Assembly: GCF_963921235.1 (NCBI RefSeq)
Contig: NC_086104.1
Span: 12,710,001-12,774,000 of the forward strand
Length of the DNA stretch: 64,000 nt
Direction: 5' to 3'
Source: Mobula hypostoma
Taxonomy: Eukaryota
Part shown: in pieces, positions 12,060 to 25,900 of the stretch
Layout of the letters: every line of letters begins with the position of its first letter
How positions within the stretch are numbered: position 1 is the first letter of the stretch
Made by a program: the position numbers and the translations under genes
The notes under the pieces: model-generated
What the model was told of the DNA's origin: nothing
Database searches by the model: none
What the model saw: the letters and a program-made list of their open reading frames with translations, nothing else

Positions 12060-13319
12060 GTACCTCTTCCTAGAGATGCTGCCTGGCCTGCTGCGTTCAC
12101 CAGCAACTTTGATGTGTGTTGCTTGAATTTCTAGCATCTGCAGAATTCCTGTTGTTTGGAGTCGTTTGGCGGTTTTATACAGGATCGACCTTATCGAGCA
12201 TTCATTCAGAAGTGGTGACCTGTATCTGAGATAATTCCTGCAAGAGCAGGGAAGTTTGTGCAGTGTCCACTCACCAGAAAAAGGTCAGTTCCTTTACGCT
12301 GTTTTATTTCCTTCGTCGTGAACTCTTTGGAGAATCAGCAGTAACATCACGTCTTCGAAGAAATCCGTTTCCGGAGAAATCTCTCTTTATTGACTGTGTA
12401 AATCACTTGGACTTTCAAATTTACCATTTTAAGACTGGGTTCGAATTTACCACTTTAAGAACTGTTTTCGCATTTACCCTTTTAAGAACTGTTCCAGAGT
12501 TGCTGTATAGCAGTCAACTTACGGTTAAGTTGGTCGTTGAATATTTTTCGCTATTATTGAGCAGAGTTTGGTAAATGTTTTTGTTTGTTTATAAAACCTG
12601 CCTCGTTTCATAATTCATTGTTGCCGATCACGTGACAAAAAGAATGTTTCATCTTTAACTTTGTCTTTTGGAGATCAGTTCATCTTCTACTCACTTAACT
12701 ATTCACAGTAACAGAAATTTTGTCAGAGCCCTGGAGTCTGTTGCAGAACAGAGGGTCCTCCAGATAGAATTCCAGAAAGTGCCAACATAGGCGAACAAGG
12801 TGGTGCTTGACTTCATTTGCCTTCTTTAGAGTCAGGCCAGTGAGTACAGGAGTCGGGATGTTATGTTTAAACTGTACAAGATGTCAGTGGAATTGTACTT
12901 GGGATATTGTATGCAGTTCTAGTCACCTAGCTACAGGAACAAGGTGATGTAGCTGGAGAGGGTGCAGGAAACATTCACAAAGATGTTTCTCTGGGACTGG
13001 AGGGCTTGAATTACAAGGACAGATAGGGCAGGCTGGGTCTGTTTCTCTGGAGCACAAAGTGATGGGTTTATATATTAATTCATGGATAGATAAATATATA
13101 TTACTCTGTAGCCTCACACTCTACAATGTCCTCCAGTCCCTGTGACCCTCTGACATGTCTCTTCTCCGACATCCTTAGTCCCTTTTGAATCCTCACTTCC
13201 TGTTTTCGATTGGAGCACTGTGCTCTGTCGTTTCCCATATGCGTTGGTGATTTGGATGAGAATATAAATGGCAAAAATAATAAATTTGCAGAAGTTCACC
13301 CTCCTGAAAGATGCACTAA

Positions 13320-15100
13320 TAGTCATAGGCCTGCATTGTGAGAGGCAACCATCTACAATCACTCTCTGGCTTCTCCCGTGAAGCCAATGTCTAATCCAAT
13401 TTTCTACCTTATCATGAATGCCAAACAACCTATCACCCATGTGGGACCTTGTCAAAACCCTTGCTAAAGTCCATGTAGACAACATCCACTGCCTTTCCTT
13501 CATCACCCTTCCTGATAACCTCCTCAAAATACTCTATAAGATTGGTTAGACACGACCTACCAGACACAAAGTCATGTTGACTATCCTTAGTCAGTCCATC
13601 TATCCAAGTACTCATATATCCAGTTCCTTAAAATACTTTCCAATAACTTTCCCATTATCCCTGACTGATGTCAGGCTCATCAGTCTATAATCTCCTGGCT
13701 TATTTTTGTAGCATTTCTTAAACAATGGAATAACTTTAGCAATCCTCAATCCTGTGGCACCTCATTCATTACTAAGGACATTTTAAATATCTCTGTTACG
13801 GCCCCTGAAATTTCTGCACTAGCCTCCCAGAAGGTCCGAGGGAACACCTTGTCAGGCCCTGAGGAGTTATTCACTCTAATTTGCCCCAAGGCACTAAACA
13901 CTTCCTCCTTTGTAATCTGTATATGATCCATGACCTCTCTGCTGTTTTGCCTCACTTCAAAGACTCCATGCCCATCTTCCAAGTAAACACTGATGCAAAA
14001 AATCCATTTAAGATCTCCCCCATCTCTTTTGGTTCCATGCATGGATGACCACTCTGATCTTCAAGAGGAACAACTTTGACCCTTGTACTCCTTTTGCTCT
14101 TAATGTATCTGTAGAATCCTTTGGGTTTTTCCTTCATCTTGTCTGCCGGAGCAAAGTCATGCCTCCTTTTAGTCCTCCTGATTTCCTTCTAAAGAGTTCT
14201 CTTGCATTTCTTATCCTCATCGAGTACCTCATTTGTGCCTGCCTGCCTATATCTGCTATGCACCTCCTTCTTCTTAGGACCCAGGATCCCAATATCTCTC
14301 GAAAACCACTGTTCCCTAAAGCTGCTAGCGTTATTCTGAAAGGAATAAACAAACTTGATACTCATAAATTTGACATTTTAAGGCCTCTCTCTCACCAAAC
14401 ACACTCTTGTCTGAAAACAACATGTCCCAGTCCACACTTGCCAGATCCTTTCTCATACCATCAAAATGAGCCTTTCTGCAATTTAGAATCTTAACCTGAG
14501 GACCGGACCTATCCCTTTCTATAATTACTTTGAAACTAATGACATTATGATCACTAGATGCAAATTATTCCCTATACAGTGTTCTGTCACCTGACCTATC
14601 TCATTCCCTAATAGGAAATCTAGTAGCACACTCCCTCTAGTTGTTATGTTGACTTATTGATTAAGGAAACTTTCCTGGATACATTTGAGAAGACCTAACC
14701 CATCCAGCCCTTTTACAGTGTGGGAGTCCTAGTCAATATGTAGAAAGTTAAAATCAGCTACTATCACAATTTCATGTATTTTGGGACAGTCTACAGCCTC
14801 TCTACAAATTTCCTTCTCTAAATCCTGCTAACTATTGGGTGGTCTATAATATAACCCCATTTATGTGGTCATCCCTCTCTTATTCCTCAGTTCCACCTGT
14901 AGTGCCTCACTCGATGAGCTCTCCTGTCTGTCCTACCTGAGCACTGCCATGACATTTTCCCCAACTAATAATACCACCTTCCCCACTCTATCGTGTCTAA
15001 AACGATGTAATCCTGGAACACTGAGCTGCCAATCCTGCCCCTTCTGAAACCAAGTCTCACTAATGGCTACAATGTCATAATTCCACATGCTGGTCCATTA
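13320..15100 (-). mobile_element. Degraded CR1 ORF2
   Basis: SQHDF..RSCLTNL, VDVVYMDFSKGFDKVPH, SGPDKVFPR, KEKPKGFYRYI. Confidence 0.8.
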
Positions 15101-15825
15101 ATGTGACAACTTGTTTCTCAGTGAAACCATTGGGATTAGCAAAATCTTGGCTGATAAGATTTTTGGAAACAAGCAAGACTAATTCAATGCCAGCTGTATA
15201 ATCCTAACATGAAGAAATGGTTAGTTTTTAAATTGTTGATGACTGGTATATGAGTAGAAAAGAAGTGAGTGATTTCTTGATTATGTAACTGTGAGCAGTG
15301 AGTAACATCACTGGATTTCAAGAGTTCAAAGTAAATTTTATGAATGAAGTACAGATATGTCACCATATTCAACCCTGAGATTAATTTTCCCGTGGGCATA
15401 CTCAGCAAATCTATTGAATAATTACGATAACAAAGGGCCTGTTTCTGTTCTGTGTTGGAAAGTTATGTTACAGTTAAATAAGACATCGATGATACCATAC
15501 TTGGAGGACTATGTACACTTTGTTCTCCCTGCTTAGGAAAGATGTTATTAAACTAGAAAGAATGCAGAAAAGATATACCAGGATATTGGCTGGACTTGGG
15601 GGAATGAATCGGACAGAAATATTGTATAGACTAGGATTTTATTCCTGGAACAAGGGAGATTGAGGAGTGATTTGATAGAGGTCTGTATTAAGAGCATGCA
15701 AAGCATAGACAGGGTGAAAGCACATTGTATTTTTCCCAGGGCTAAAAACAACAGGACACAGCTTTATGATGGGAGGCTAAAGATATAAAATGAGTATAAG
15801 GGGCAGCTTTTTCATGCCCAGTTTG

Positions 15826-16394
15826 GTCTCTATTTCCTGAGGAGACTGAGGTCCTTTAACATCTGCCAGACGATGCTGAGGATGTTCTACGAGTCTGTGG
15901 TGGCCAGTGCGATCATGTTTGCTGTTGTGTGCTGGGGCAGCGGGCTGAGGGTAGCAGACACCAACAGAATCAACAAACTCATTCGTAAGGCCAGTGATGT
16001 GGTGGGGATGGAACCAGACTCTCTCACGGTGGCGTCTGAGAAGAGGATGCTGTCCAAGTTGCATGCCATCTTGGACAATGTCTCCCATCCACTACATAAT
16101 GTACTGGGTGGGCACAGGAGTACATTCAACCAGAGACTCATTCCACCGAGATGCAACACAGAGCGTCATAGGAAGTCATTCCTGCCTGTGGCCATCAAAC
16201 TTTACAACTCCTCCCTTGGAGGGTCAGACACCCTGTGCCGATAGGCTGGTCCTGGGCTTATTTCATAATTTACTGGCATAATTTACATATTACTATTTAA
16301 CTATTTATGGTTCTATTACTATTTAATTATTTATGGTGCAACTGTAACAAAAACCAATTTCCCACGGGATCAATAAAGTATGACTATGACTATG
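15826..16394 (+). mobile_element. Rex1/Babar-like LINE 3' end with (TATGAC)n tail
   Basis: ORF 15873-16244 is nearly identical to the end of ORF 33751-34599; tail caataaagtatgactatgactatg. Confidence 0.85.
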
Positions 16395-17654
16395 GTGCGT
16401 AAATGGATTCAGGTGCCTGAAACAATGATCACAATATTTAAAACCCATCTCGATAAGTTCATGGAGGGGAGAGGTTTAGATGGCTATGGGTGAAATGCAG
16501 ACAGGTGGGACTAGCTCGCAGTGTATATAGGGCCAAAGTGCCTGTTTCTGTGCCGAATGACGCGATGATTATGAGGTTTATGTCTTCAATTCAGAGAATT
16601 AATTTCCATCCAGCTTCCTGTATCAGAACTACTTTGAAACTTGCCTATTTCCGCTCCTCAGCACTAAAGTCCTCATCTACCTCCCTGCATTACATACTAT
16701 CAATGTACTGACACAGAAAGCTCTCCTGGATGCACTTTAAAAATTCCACCTCTAATCTTTCCACATAAATCAGATCCTATGAATGTGAATGTGATCCTAT
16801 GAATCCCATTAATATGAATGCCTGGCAACTGCAACTCCATTCAGCAGATCTCTTCCTCAATCTCCCACCAACAGTTTGGTGGTCTGCAGTACAATGCCAG
16901 CAACATGAATGTGCTGTTGTTTCTAAAATCTGTCCATGTGGCCTCGTGTAAAGAACATTCTGAGACACCCACCCTCGTTCCTGCAGTGATGGTCTCCCCC
17001 ATTAATCTTGCAATATCATCATTTCCTCTTTTCCATCCCTCCCTCTCTGTGGAATTCATTGCCATAGGCAGCTGTGGAGGCCAAGACTTTATGTATATTT
17101 AAGACAGAGGTTGATATATTCTTGATTGATCAGGACATGAATGGATACGGGGGGGGGGGGGAGCGCCGGGTGTAGAGAAGGGAAGAGATTGGGGTTGTGA
17201 AGAAAAATAGATCAGCCATGATGAAATAGCACTGCACTTGATGGGCCAAATGGCAAAATTCTGCTCCTTTATCTTATGGTCTTATGGTCTAACATCGCAT
17301 TTGTCTCCCTCACCTCCAACTCAATCTGTAAATTAACCTTTAGGGAATTGAGTACGAGGACTCCCAAATTCCTTTGCTTCTCAGTTTTTAATTTTTTTTC
17401 TCTCAATTTAGAAAATAGTCAACCCTTCCATTTATTCTATCAAAGTGCAGGACCATACACTTCCCGACACTGTATTCCATCTGCTATTTCTTTGTCCATC
17501 GTCCTAATATTTCTAAATCCTTCTGTAGCTTCTCTAACCTAGTTTCCTCAAAACTATCTGCCCCTCCGCCTATCTTCGGATCGTCCACGAACTTCGCGCT
17601 GATATCCGATCATAGGATTTATCGGAATAAATCTGATGAGTGATTCGTATCTCA

Positions 17655-17725
17655 GTCAACCAATGGAAATGCTCGACCTCTCCATTCTTCATTAGCATAC
17701 TGCTTACAGCACTGCCTATTTAAAC
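17655..17725 (+). promoter_or_regulatory. H2B copy 2 promoter
   Basis: CCAAT at 17660; octamer-like ATTAGCAT at 17691-17698; TATTTAAA at 17717-17724. Confidence 0.75.
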
Positions 17726-17776
17726 CGCGCTCCGAGAGATGTTTGTTCATTTTGCCGTTTGAATCCGAGTGAAGAA

Positions 17777-18151
17777 ATGCCCGAGCAGCAGAAATCCGCT
17801 CCCAAGAAGGGCGCCAAGAAAGCTTTGCCCAAACCAGCGGGCAAGTCTGGCAAGAAACGCAGGAGGGTGAGGAAGGAGAGTTACTCCATCTATATCTACA
17901 AAGTGATGAAGCAGGTTCACCCCGACACCGGCATCTCCTCCAAGGCCATGAGCATCATGAACTCGTTCGTGAGCGATATTTTCGAGCGCATCGCGGGCGA
18001 GGCTTCCCGGCTGGCCCATTATAACAAGCGATCGACCATCAGCTCCCGGGAGATCCAGACTGCCGTGCGCCTGCTGCTGCCTGGGGAGCTGGCCAAGCAC
18101 GCCGTGTCGGAAGGGACAAAGGCGGTGACCAAGTACACCAGCTCCAAGTGA
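17777..18151 (+). CDS. H2B: Histone H2B copy 2 (protein identical to copy 1)
   Basis: Same translation; two synonymous differences seen. Confidence 0.98.
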   Translation: MPEQQKSAPKKGAKKALPKPAGKSGKKRRRVRKESYSIYIYKVMKQVHPDTGISSKAMSIMNSFVSDIFERIAGEASRLAHYNKRSTISSREIQTAVRLLLPGELAKHAVSEGTKAVTKYTSSK

Positions 18152-18183
18152 AGAGTGCCCAGAAAACACACCGGAAACCCAAC

Positions 18184-18225
18184 GGCTCTTTTAAGAGCCA
18201 CTCACAGATTCACTGAAAGAGTTAC
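18184..18225 (+). terminator. Histone stem-loop plus HDE
   Basis: GGCTCTTTTAAGAGCC at 18184-18199; AAAGAGTT downstream. Confidence 0.95.
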
Positions 18226-19079
18226 TACTCCCGCCCACACGGAAGCATAATTCCGTCCTTCGCCTCTCTGTTGGTTATTAGAAACTGTATCTCCCACATA
18301 TCCAACAATTACGAAAACATTACAAATAACCACTGACAAAACAGGAAACTCACGGTCATTAAAAGTTAGAGATATTTTGCCATTGAATGAAGTAATCATC
18401 AAAGTTCAATGAGCTAATTGAAATTCTATTCATGTTAATCGGCCGACTGTCCGGTATTATCCTGAGGTCTTTGTTCCATTCTTCCTATAGCGCGAACACG
18501 GAACCATCATCCCCTCTTTAGCCTTACTGTCGGTCATTACAAATTGTGTATTTGTGAAGCGGATAGTTGCTGAATCTGATTTAATAGCTGTGGGGAATCT
18601 GATTGATTAATTTCTGTCCCATTTTGACAGCTTATGCGAATCCCATTTCAGTGCCAGACATGAACTGGTTCACGGGTCTTCTCACAGATACCTTTTGTCT
18701 GCGAAGTAATTTGTTAAAACTGCAGGTTAAACCAGTCGCAGTCTGAGAAGACCGGTGTTTTCATATTTGATCAGGTTATAATGACCGGCCGCGAACAGAA
18801 GCGAAGTTTTCGCTCAGAGCGTTTATCACTTGAAAGAAATCTGCGAATTAATTTCCTAGACATTTTTTCCGTATTACTTACACGCGTATTAAATGTGTCG
18901 GACTTCATTAATGGGATGTATGCGGAGACCAACATCTGGAATATTTTGATTTTAGGTTAGGTTTGAACAAAGGATTTTTTTGGCGGGCTTTTTCAAATTT
19001 CTTTTATAGGAAATAAACGGTTAGTTTCCGCGCTTCTGCTATTGCTGTCTCTTGATAGGTGAATAAAGCTGCTCCCTGA

Positions 19080-19604
<525 letters not shown>

Positions 19605-19634
19605 AGCGACAGATTCTGAACCCGGTGACCCAAA

Positions 19635-19675
19635 GGCTCTTTTAAGAGCCACTCACAGTGTCTGAAAGGGCTGTC
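19635..19675 (+). terminator. Histone stem-loop plus HDE
   Basis: GGCTCTTTTAAGAGCC at 19635-19650; AAAGGGCTG downstream. Confidence 0.95.
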
Positions 19676-21285
19676 TACGGTTACCATGGGTGCGGGTGAA
19701 AGGGCTCAAATTTATATTTGATTGTTTACCGTGTGGTTAATTGAAATTTCCTCCTGTTGCGAAGCTCACAGGATGAACAGTCGGGTTGCAGTCCGAAATG
19801 ATGGAGGTGGGTCCCCCACTGATGTTGGAATTGAATGTTTTTTATAGGAGTCCAGCAGTGCGATCGATTACATGTGGCCGCCCGTTCCAGAGGAAATATG
19901 GGGGGGTGGGTGTGAGGTGTTGGGCAAGAGAGGTCCGTGCCAAGGGAGGTGAGTGACCGCAGGGTGGTGATGAAGCATTCTCTGCTTGAGGAGAGGCCTG
20001 ACCATCATGACAGGTGTCATTTCATTGGCTCTTCACTGAACCCTGGAACATCTTATGACTGAGAGGCTAAATAGAGCGCCAATCCATACTTAAGATTGCT
20101 GTCGTCGCCTGCAGGTTCAGGAGCAGTTAGTACTCCTCAACCAGAGGGGATAACTGCACTTTTACGGAGTCTACAACTGATGTTCGCGATACTTATTGTT
20201 TTCTAATTTATTATTCTTACTTTTTTTTTCTCTTTTTGTACTTATACAGTTTGTCTTTTGCAGATTGTTTTGTCTTTGTTGCGAGTTTTCACTGGTTCTG
20301 TTGTGTTTCTTTGTATTTACCGGCATTGCTTTGGAACAAAGTGATACAATAGAATCAGTGAAAAATTACACACAAGCACAGAGAGATCATTCTGCAAAAG
20401 ACAAACTGCAAATATGTATAAGTAAGTGTGTATGGTGACACATACAGTATCTATCGATAATGAATTTATTTTGAAATTTGAACTTAACGTTTCAGCCCAC
20501 AGGTCCTTCATCAGATAACATTGTTACCTTTCAATACTTAGAGAACAAAGTTCGAATTGAATCTAAGTACGAAGTGTCACCATAAACAACCCTACTAAAC
20601 TGAACTATTATTTTATCATTTTCAACTTCCCTGTCCTTTGAAACATGGATATTTGGAATTATCGCCCTTTTTTTTCCTGTCCTGGTGTTAAATTCTATTT
20701 CCCTCCCCCAGTGGTAAATTTGACATTGAAATGTGTCTGAGAAGCCCCTGTGTGCAGTAAGTAATTGCCCGCTGTGGCTCCTCTGATCGAAAGCTCACTT
20801 TGCTCTGACCCCCAGGCTGTGGACAGCAGATAATGTCACTTGACACCTCTTTGTGGAACTATTTGTGTGTTGGCATCCCTGATGTTGTTCCCGCGGCTAT
20901 GGGCTGGTGCAGTCTCGGGTGGTGGCAATGTGATGTAATGAGCTTCTTCTGTGGTTTGCAGGTTGATGTGGAGAGATGGAGAAGACAGCGACTGGATCAG
21001 ATTATCTAAACCGTGCTCTCTGCTATTGCCCATGTTTCCCATTCTCATCCTTAAGCTCACATCCCTTCTTGTTCCTCACCCCCTCACTCTTGCTGTAACC
21101 TCCTCCCATCCTGCAAACTCTCACTGCTCTGCTCTCCTCCATCTGTGGCCTCTTATATATTGTCGCATTATTTTTTTTAGACTTGTGACCTGTTACCAGA
21201 CGCACTGCTGGAGAAGGGGTTGTGCATTTTGATTATCAAATATATTGATAAGTTGAATGAGAATATATGTAGGGTGATTACTAAA

Positions 21286-22059
21286 GTCAAGTCAAGTTTA
21301 TTGTCATTTCGACCATAAGCTGCTGGTACAGTACGCAGTAAAAACGAAACAACATTCCTCCAGGACCATGGTGCTACATGAAACAACACAAAACTACATT
21401 AGACTGTGAGACAGCACAAGGCTACACTAGACTACGTGAAACAAACATAAAAGCTACACTAGACTACAGACCTGCACAGGAGTACATAAAGTGCACAAAA
21501 CAGTGCAGGGCAGTACAATAATTAATAAACAAGACAGTAGAGGACAAATTACAATATAATAATAAATGATGTAGCTGTCAGTCTAGACTGAGTATTGAGG
21601 AGTCTGATGGCTTGGGAGAAGAAACTGTTGCACAGTCTGGTCGTGAGAGCCCGAATGCTTCGGTACCTTTTGCCAGATGGCAGGAGGGAGAAGAGTTTGT
21701 ATGAGGGGTGCGTGGGGTCCTTCACAATACTGTTAGCTTTGCGGCTGCAGCGTGTGGCGTAAATGTCTGTAATAACAGGAAGAGAGACCCCGATGACCTT
21801 CTCAGCCGACCTCACTATCCGCTGCAGGGTCTTGCGATCCGAGATGGTGCAATTCCCGAACCAGGCAGGGACGCAGCTGCTCAGGATGCTCTCAATACAT
21901 CCTCTGTAGAATGCGGTGAGGATGGTGGTGGGAGATGGACTTTTCTCAGCCTTTGCAGAAAGTAGAGACGCTGCTGGGCTTTTTTGGCTATGGAGCTGGT
22001 GTTGAGGGACCAGGTGAGATTCTCTGCCAGGTGAACACCAAGAGATTTGGTGCTCTTTG
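21286..22059 (-). mobile_element. Rex1/Babar-like LINE 3' fragment with (CTTGA)n tail
   Basis: LGVHLAENLTWS, KKAQQRLYFL, FYRGCIESIL; flanked by TAAA; absent from the paralogous segment near 53430. Confidence 0.85.
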
Positions 22060-22924
22060 TAAATTTGTAAATGACACCAAAATTGATGATATAGTGGACA
22101 GTGAAGAAGGTTGTCCAAGTTACAATAGAACATACATGAACTTTGAAAATAGGCAAGGAGGTGACAGATGAAATTTAATTTGGACAAATGCTGAATTTTG
22201 CATTTTAGTCAGTTAAAGCAAGGCAAAACATTACACAGTAAGTGGCAGGGCCCTGGAGATTGTTGCAGAACAGAGGGTCCTCCTGAGAGAATTCCAGAAA
22301 GTGGCAACTTAGTGAAGAAAGGGCTTGACTTCATTTGCCTTCACTAATCAGGCCAGTAATTACAGGAGTCGGGTGGTAATGTTACAACTGTACAAGATAC
22401 TGGTGTGATTGCACTTGGGATATTGTGGACAGTTCTGGTCACCTAGCTACAGGAACGAGGTGATGTAGCTGGAGAGGTTGCTGGAAACATTCACAAAGAT
22501 GTTACTCTGGGACTGGAGGGCTTGAGTTACAAAGACAGGCTGGGTCTGTTTCTCTGGAGCACAAGAAGGGATGGGTTTATATATTAAATCATGGATGGAT
22601 AGATAAATAAATAAATATAGAGAAAATTTAACTTCCTCTATAGCCTCACACTCTGTAACTTTCTCCAGTCCATGTGACCTTCTGAAGTGTCTGCTCTCCA
22701 ACATCCTTGGTCCCTTTTGAGTATTCACTTACGTTTTTAGATTGGAGAACTGTGCTCTGTTGTTTCTCATATGCATTGGTGATTTTGATGAGGATGTAAA
22801 TGGCAAAAATAATAAATTTGCAGACACCAAACTGGTGGTAGAGTGGACAGTTCTGAATGGTGGGATATAGATTACTTAGGAATGAGGCAAGGTGATGGCA
22901 GATGGAATTTAATTCATCAAATAC

Positions 22925-25900
22925 AAATCAAATCAAAAACACAATGAGAGCTACAGGGACGTAGTCACACCTAGGCTGTTGGAAGCAGGTCGTTGGGTAA
23001 CAGTCAGAGGGAGGAAAGCGAAGGTGAGCAGACAGGTAGTGCAGAGCACCCCTGCAGCCATTCCCCTGAATAATAAGTTTACCGTCCTGGATACTGTTGG
23101 CGGGGAAGACTGACCAGGTGTGAGCCACGGTGGCAGGGCCTCTAGCACTGAGTCTGACCCTGTGGTGCAGAAGGATGGGATGGAGGAGAGGAGAGCTGTC
23201 GTCATTGGAGACTCTATAGTCAGGGGAGCAGACAGGAGATTTTGTGGATGTGAGAAGGACACCTGCATGGTTTGTTACCTCCCGGGTGCCAGGGTCCGGG
23301 ATGTCTCTGACCGGGTGCATGACATCCTGGTATGAAAGGGAAAGCAACCAGAAGTCGTGATACATGTTGGTACCAACGACATAGGCAGGAAGAGGGATGA
23401 GGTCCTGAAGTGTGAGTTTCGGGAACTAGGTAGAAGGCTGAAGAACAGGACCTCAAGGGTGGCGTTCTCAGGATTGCTGCCAGTGCTATGTGACAGTGAT
23501 GGTAAGAATTGGAGGAGATGGCAATTGAATGCGTGGCTGAGGAGTTGGTGCAGGGTGCAGGGTTTTAGATTTTTGGATCCTTGGGACCTCTTCTGGGGAA
23601 GGTGGGACCTGTACAGATTGGATGGGTTGCACCTGAACCCGAGGGGGAGCAATATCCTTGCAGGTAGGTTTGCTAGCATGGTTCGGGAGCGTTTAAACTA
23701 ATTTACGAGGGGGATGGGACCCGGAGCAGTAGAGCAGTGAAAGAAGTGCATGGAGTAAAGCCAGATGTAACATATACAGAGGCTTTGAGGAAAGAGAAGC
23801 AGAATAAATGGTGTAAGGACAGTAAGGTAGAAGGGCTGAAGTGTGTGTACCTCAATGCAAGAAGCATCAGGAACAAAGGTGATGAACTGAGAGCTTGGAT
23901 ACATACATGGAATTATGATGTAGTGGCCATTACAGAGACTTGGCTGGCAACAAGGCAGGAATGGATTCTCAATATCTTGGATTTCAGTGCTTTAAAAGGG
24001 ATAGAGAGGGGGGAAAAGGGGAGGAGGGGTGGCATTACTGGTCAGGGATACTATTACAGCTCAGAACGGGTGGGTAATGTAGCAGGATCCTCTTTTGAGT
24101 CAGTATGGGTGGAAGTCAGGAACAGGAAGGGAGCAGTTACTCTATTGGGGGTATTCTATAGGCCCCCTGGAGCAGCACAGATACCGAGGAGGAGATTGGG
24201 AGGCATATTTTGGAAAGGTGCAAAAATAGTCATAGTCATAGTCATACTTTATTGATCCCAGGGGAAATTGGTTAAAATAACAGGGTTGTTATCATGGGTG
24301 ACTTTAACTTCCCTAATATTGATTGGCACCTGATTAGTTCCAAGGGTTTAGATGGGGCAGAGTTTGTTAAGTGTGTCCAGGATGGATTCCTGTCACAGTA
24401 TGTGGACAGGCCGACCAGGGGGAATGCCATACTAGATCTAGTACTAGGTAATGAACCGGGTCAGGTCACAGATCTCTCAGTGGGTGAGCATCTGGGGGAC
24501 AGTGACCACCGCTCCCTGGCCTTTAGCATTATCATGGAAAAGGATAGAATCAGAGAGGACAGGAAAATTTTTAATTGGGGAAGGGCAAATTATGAGGCTA
24601 TAAGGCCAGAACTTGTGGGTGTGAATTGGGATGATGTTTTTGCAGGGAAATGTACTATGGACATGTGGTCGATGTTCAGGGATAAATTTGTCCCGGTGAG
24701 GAAGATAAAGAATGGTAGGGTGAAGGAACCATGGGTGACAAGTGAGGTGGAAAATCTAGTCAGGTGGAAGAAGGCAGCATACATGAGGTTAAGGAAGCAA
24801 GGATCAGATGGGTCTATTGAGGAATATAGGGAAGCAAGAAAGGAGCTTAAGAAAGGGCTGAGAGGATCAAGAAGGGGGCATGAGAAGGCCTTGGCGAGTA
24901 GGGTAAAGGAAAACCCCAAGGCATTCTTCAATTATGTGAAGAACAAAAGGATGACAGGAGTGAAGGTAGGACTGATTAGAGATAAAGGTGGGAAGATGTG
25001 CCTGGAGGCTGTGGAAGTGAGCGAGGTCCTCAATGAATACTTCTCTTCGGTATTCACCAATGAGAGGGAGCTTGATGATGGTGAGGACAATATGAGTGAG
25101 GTTGATGTTCTGGAGCATGTTGATATTAAGGGAGAGGAGGTATTGGAGTTGTTAAAATACATTAGGATGGATAAGTCCCCGGGGCCTGACGGAATATTCC
25201 CCAGGCTGCTCCACGAGGTGAGGGAAGAGATTTCTGAGCCTCTGGCTAGGATCTTTATGTCCTCGTTGTCCATGGGAATGGTACTGGATGATTGGAGGGA
25301 GGTGAATGTTGTCCCCTTGTTCAAAAAAGGTAGTAGGAATAGTCCAGGTAATTATATACCAGTAAGCCTTGTGTCTGTGGTGGGAAAGTTGTTGGAAAAG
25401 ATTCTTAGAGATAGGATCTATGGGCATTTAGAGAATCATGGTCTGATCAGGGACAGTCAGCATGGCTTTGTGAAGAGCAGATCGTGTCTAACAAGCCTGA
25501 CAGAGTTCTTTGAGGAGGTGATCAGGCATATAGATGAGGGTAGTGCAGTGGATGTGATCTATATGGATTTTAGTGAGGCATTTGACAAGGTTCCACACGG
25601 TAGGCTTATTCAGAAAGTCAGAAGGCATGGGATCCGGGGAAGTTTGGCCAGGTGGATTCAGGATTGGCTCGCCTGCAGAAGGCAGAGGGTGGTGGTGGAG
25701 GGAATACATTCAGATTGGAGGATTGTGACTAGTGGTGTCCCACAAGGATCTGTTCTGGGACCTCTACTTTTCGTGATTTTTATTAATGACCTGGATTGTG
25801 GGGGTAGAGGGGTGGGTTGGCAAGTTTGCAGATGACACAAAGGTTGGTGGTGTTGTAGATAGTGTAGAGGATTGTCGAAGATTGCAGAGAGACATTGATA

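Larger units (their letters stand above)
10313..12155. mobile_element. Head-to-head inverted duplication of an internally deleted Penelope-like element
   Basis: Arms 10313-11192 and 11217-12100 with a 24-bp spacer; mirrored ORFs with the PLE N-terminal motif LSKGLTFVP...FFRRLRLRAYFF; hammerheads at the outer ends; possible TSD ttggagtYgtt (10301-10311 / 12156-12166). Confidence 0.85.
9906..12637 (+). mobile_element. Solo LTR (about 0.9 kb once the nested PLE is removed)
   Basis: TGTAAC...GTGACA termini; AAAA on both sides; TATATAAAA near 10028; the Tc1 TIR resumes exactly after 12637. Confidence 0.75.
8397..12724 (-). mobile_element. Tc1/mariner transposon with long IR/DR-type terminal repeats; right TIR interrupted and its tip missing
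   Basis: TA|CAGTG start at 8395-8401; repeated TTTGGGCACCC motif; inverted counterpart at 9806-9905 plus 12638-12724 (ttcacagtaacagaaattt). Confidence 0.9.

Noticed and set aside
17149-17161. Poly-G run as a G-quadruplex element
   Set aside because: Homopolymer within a CR1 3' UTR relic; no supporting context.
24294-25835. 513-aa ORF as a functional reverse transcriptase
   Set aside because: Part of a CR1 ORF2 with frameshifts on both sides; the frame is lost just before the catalytic FADD.
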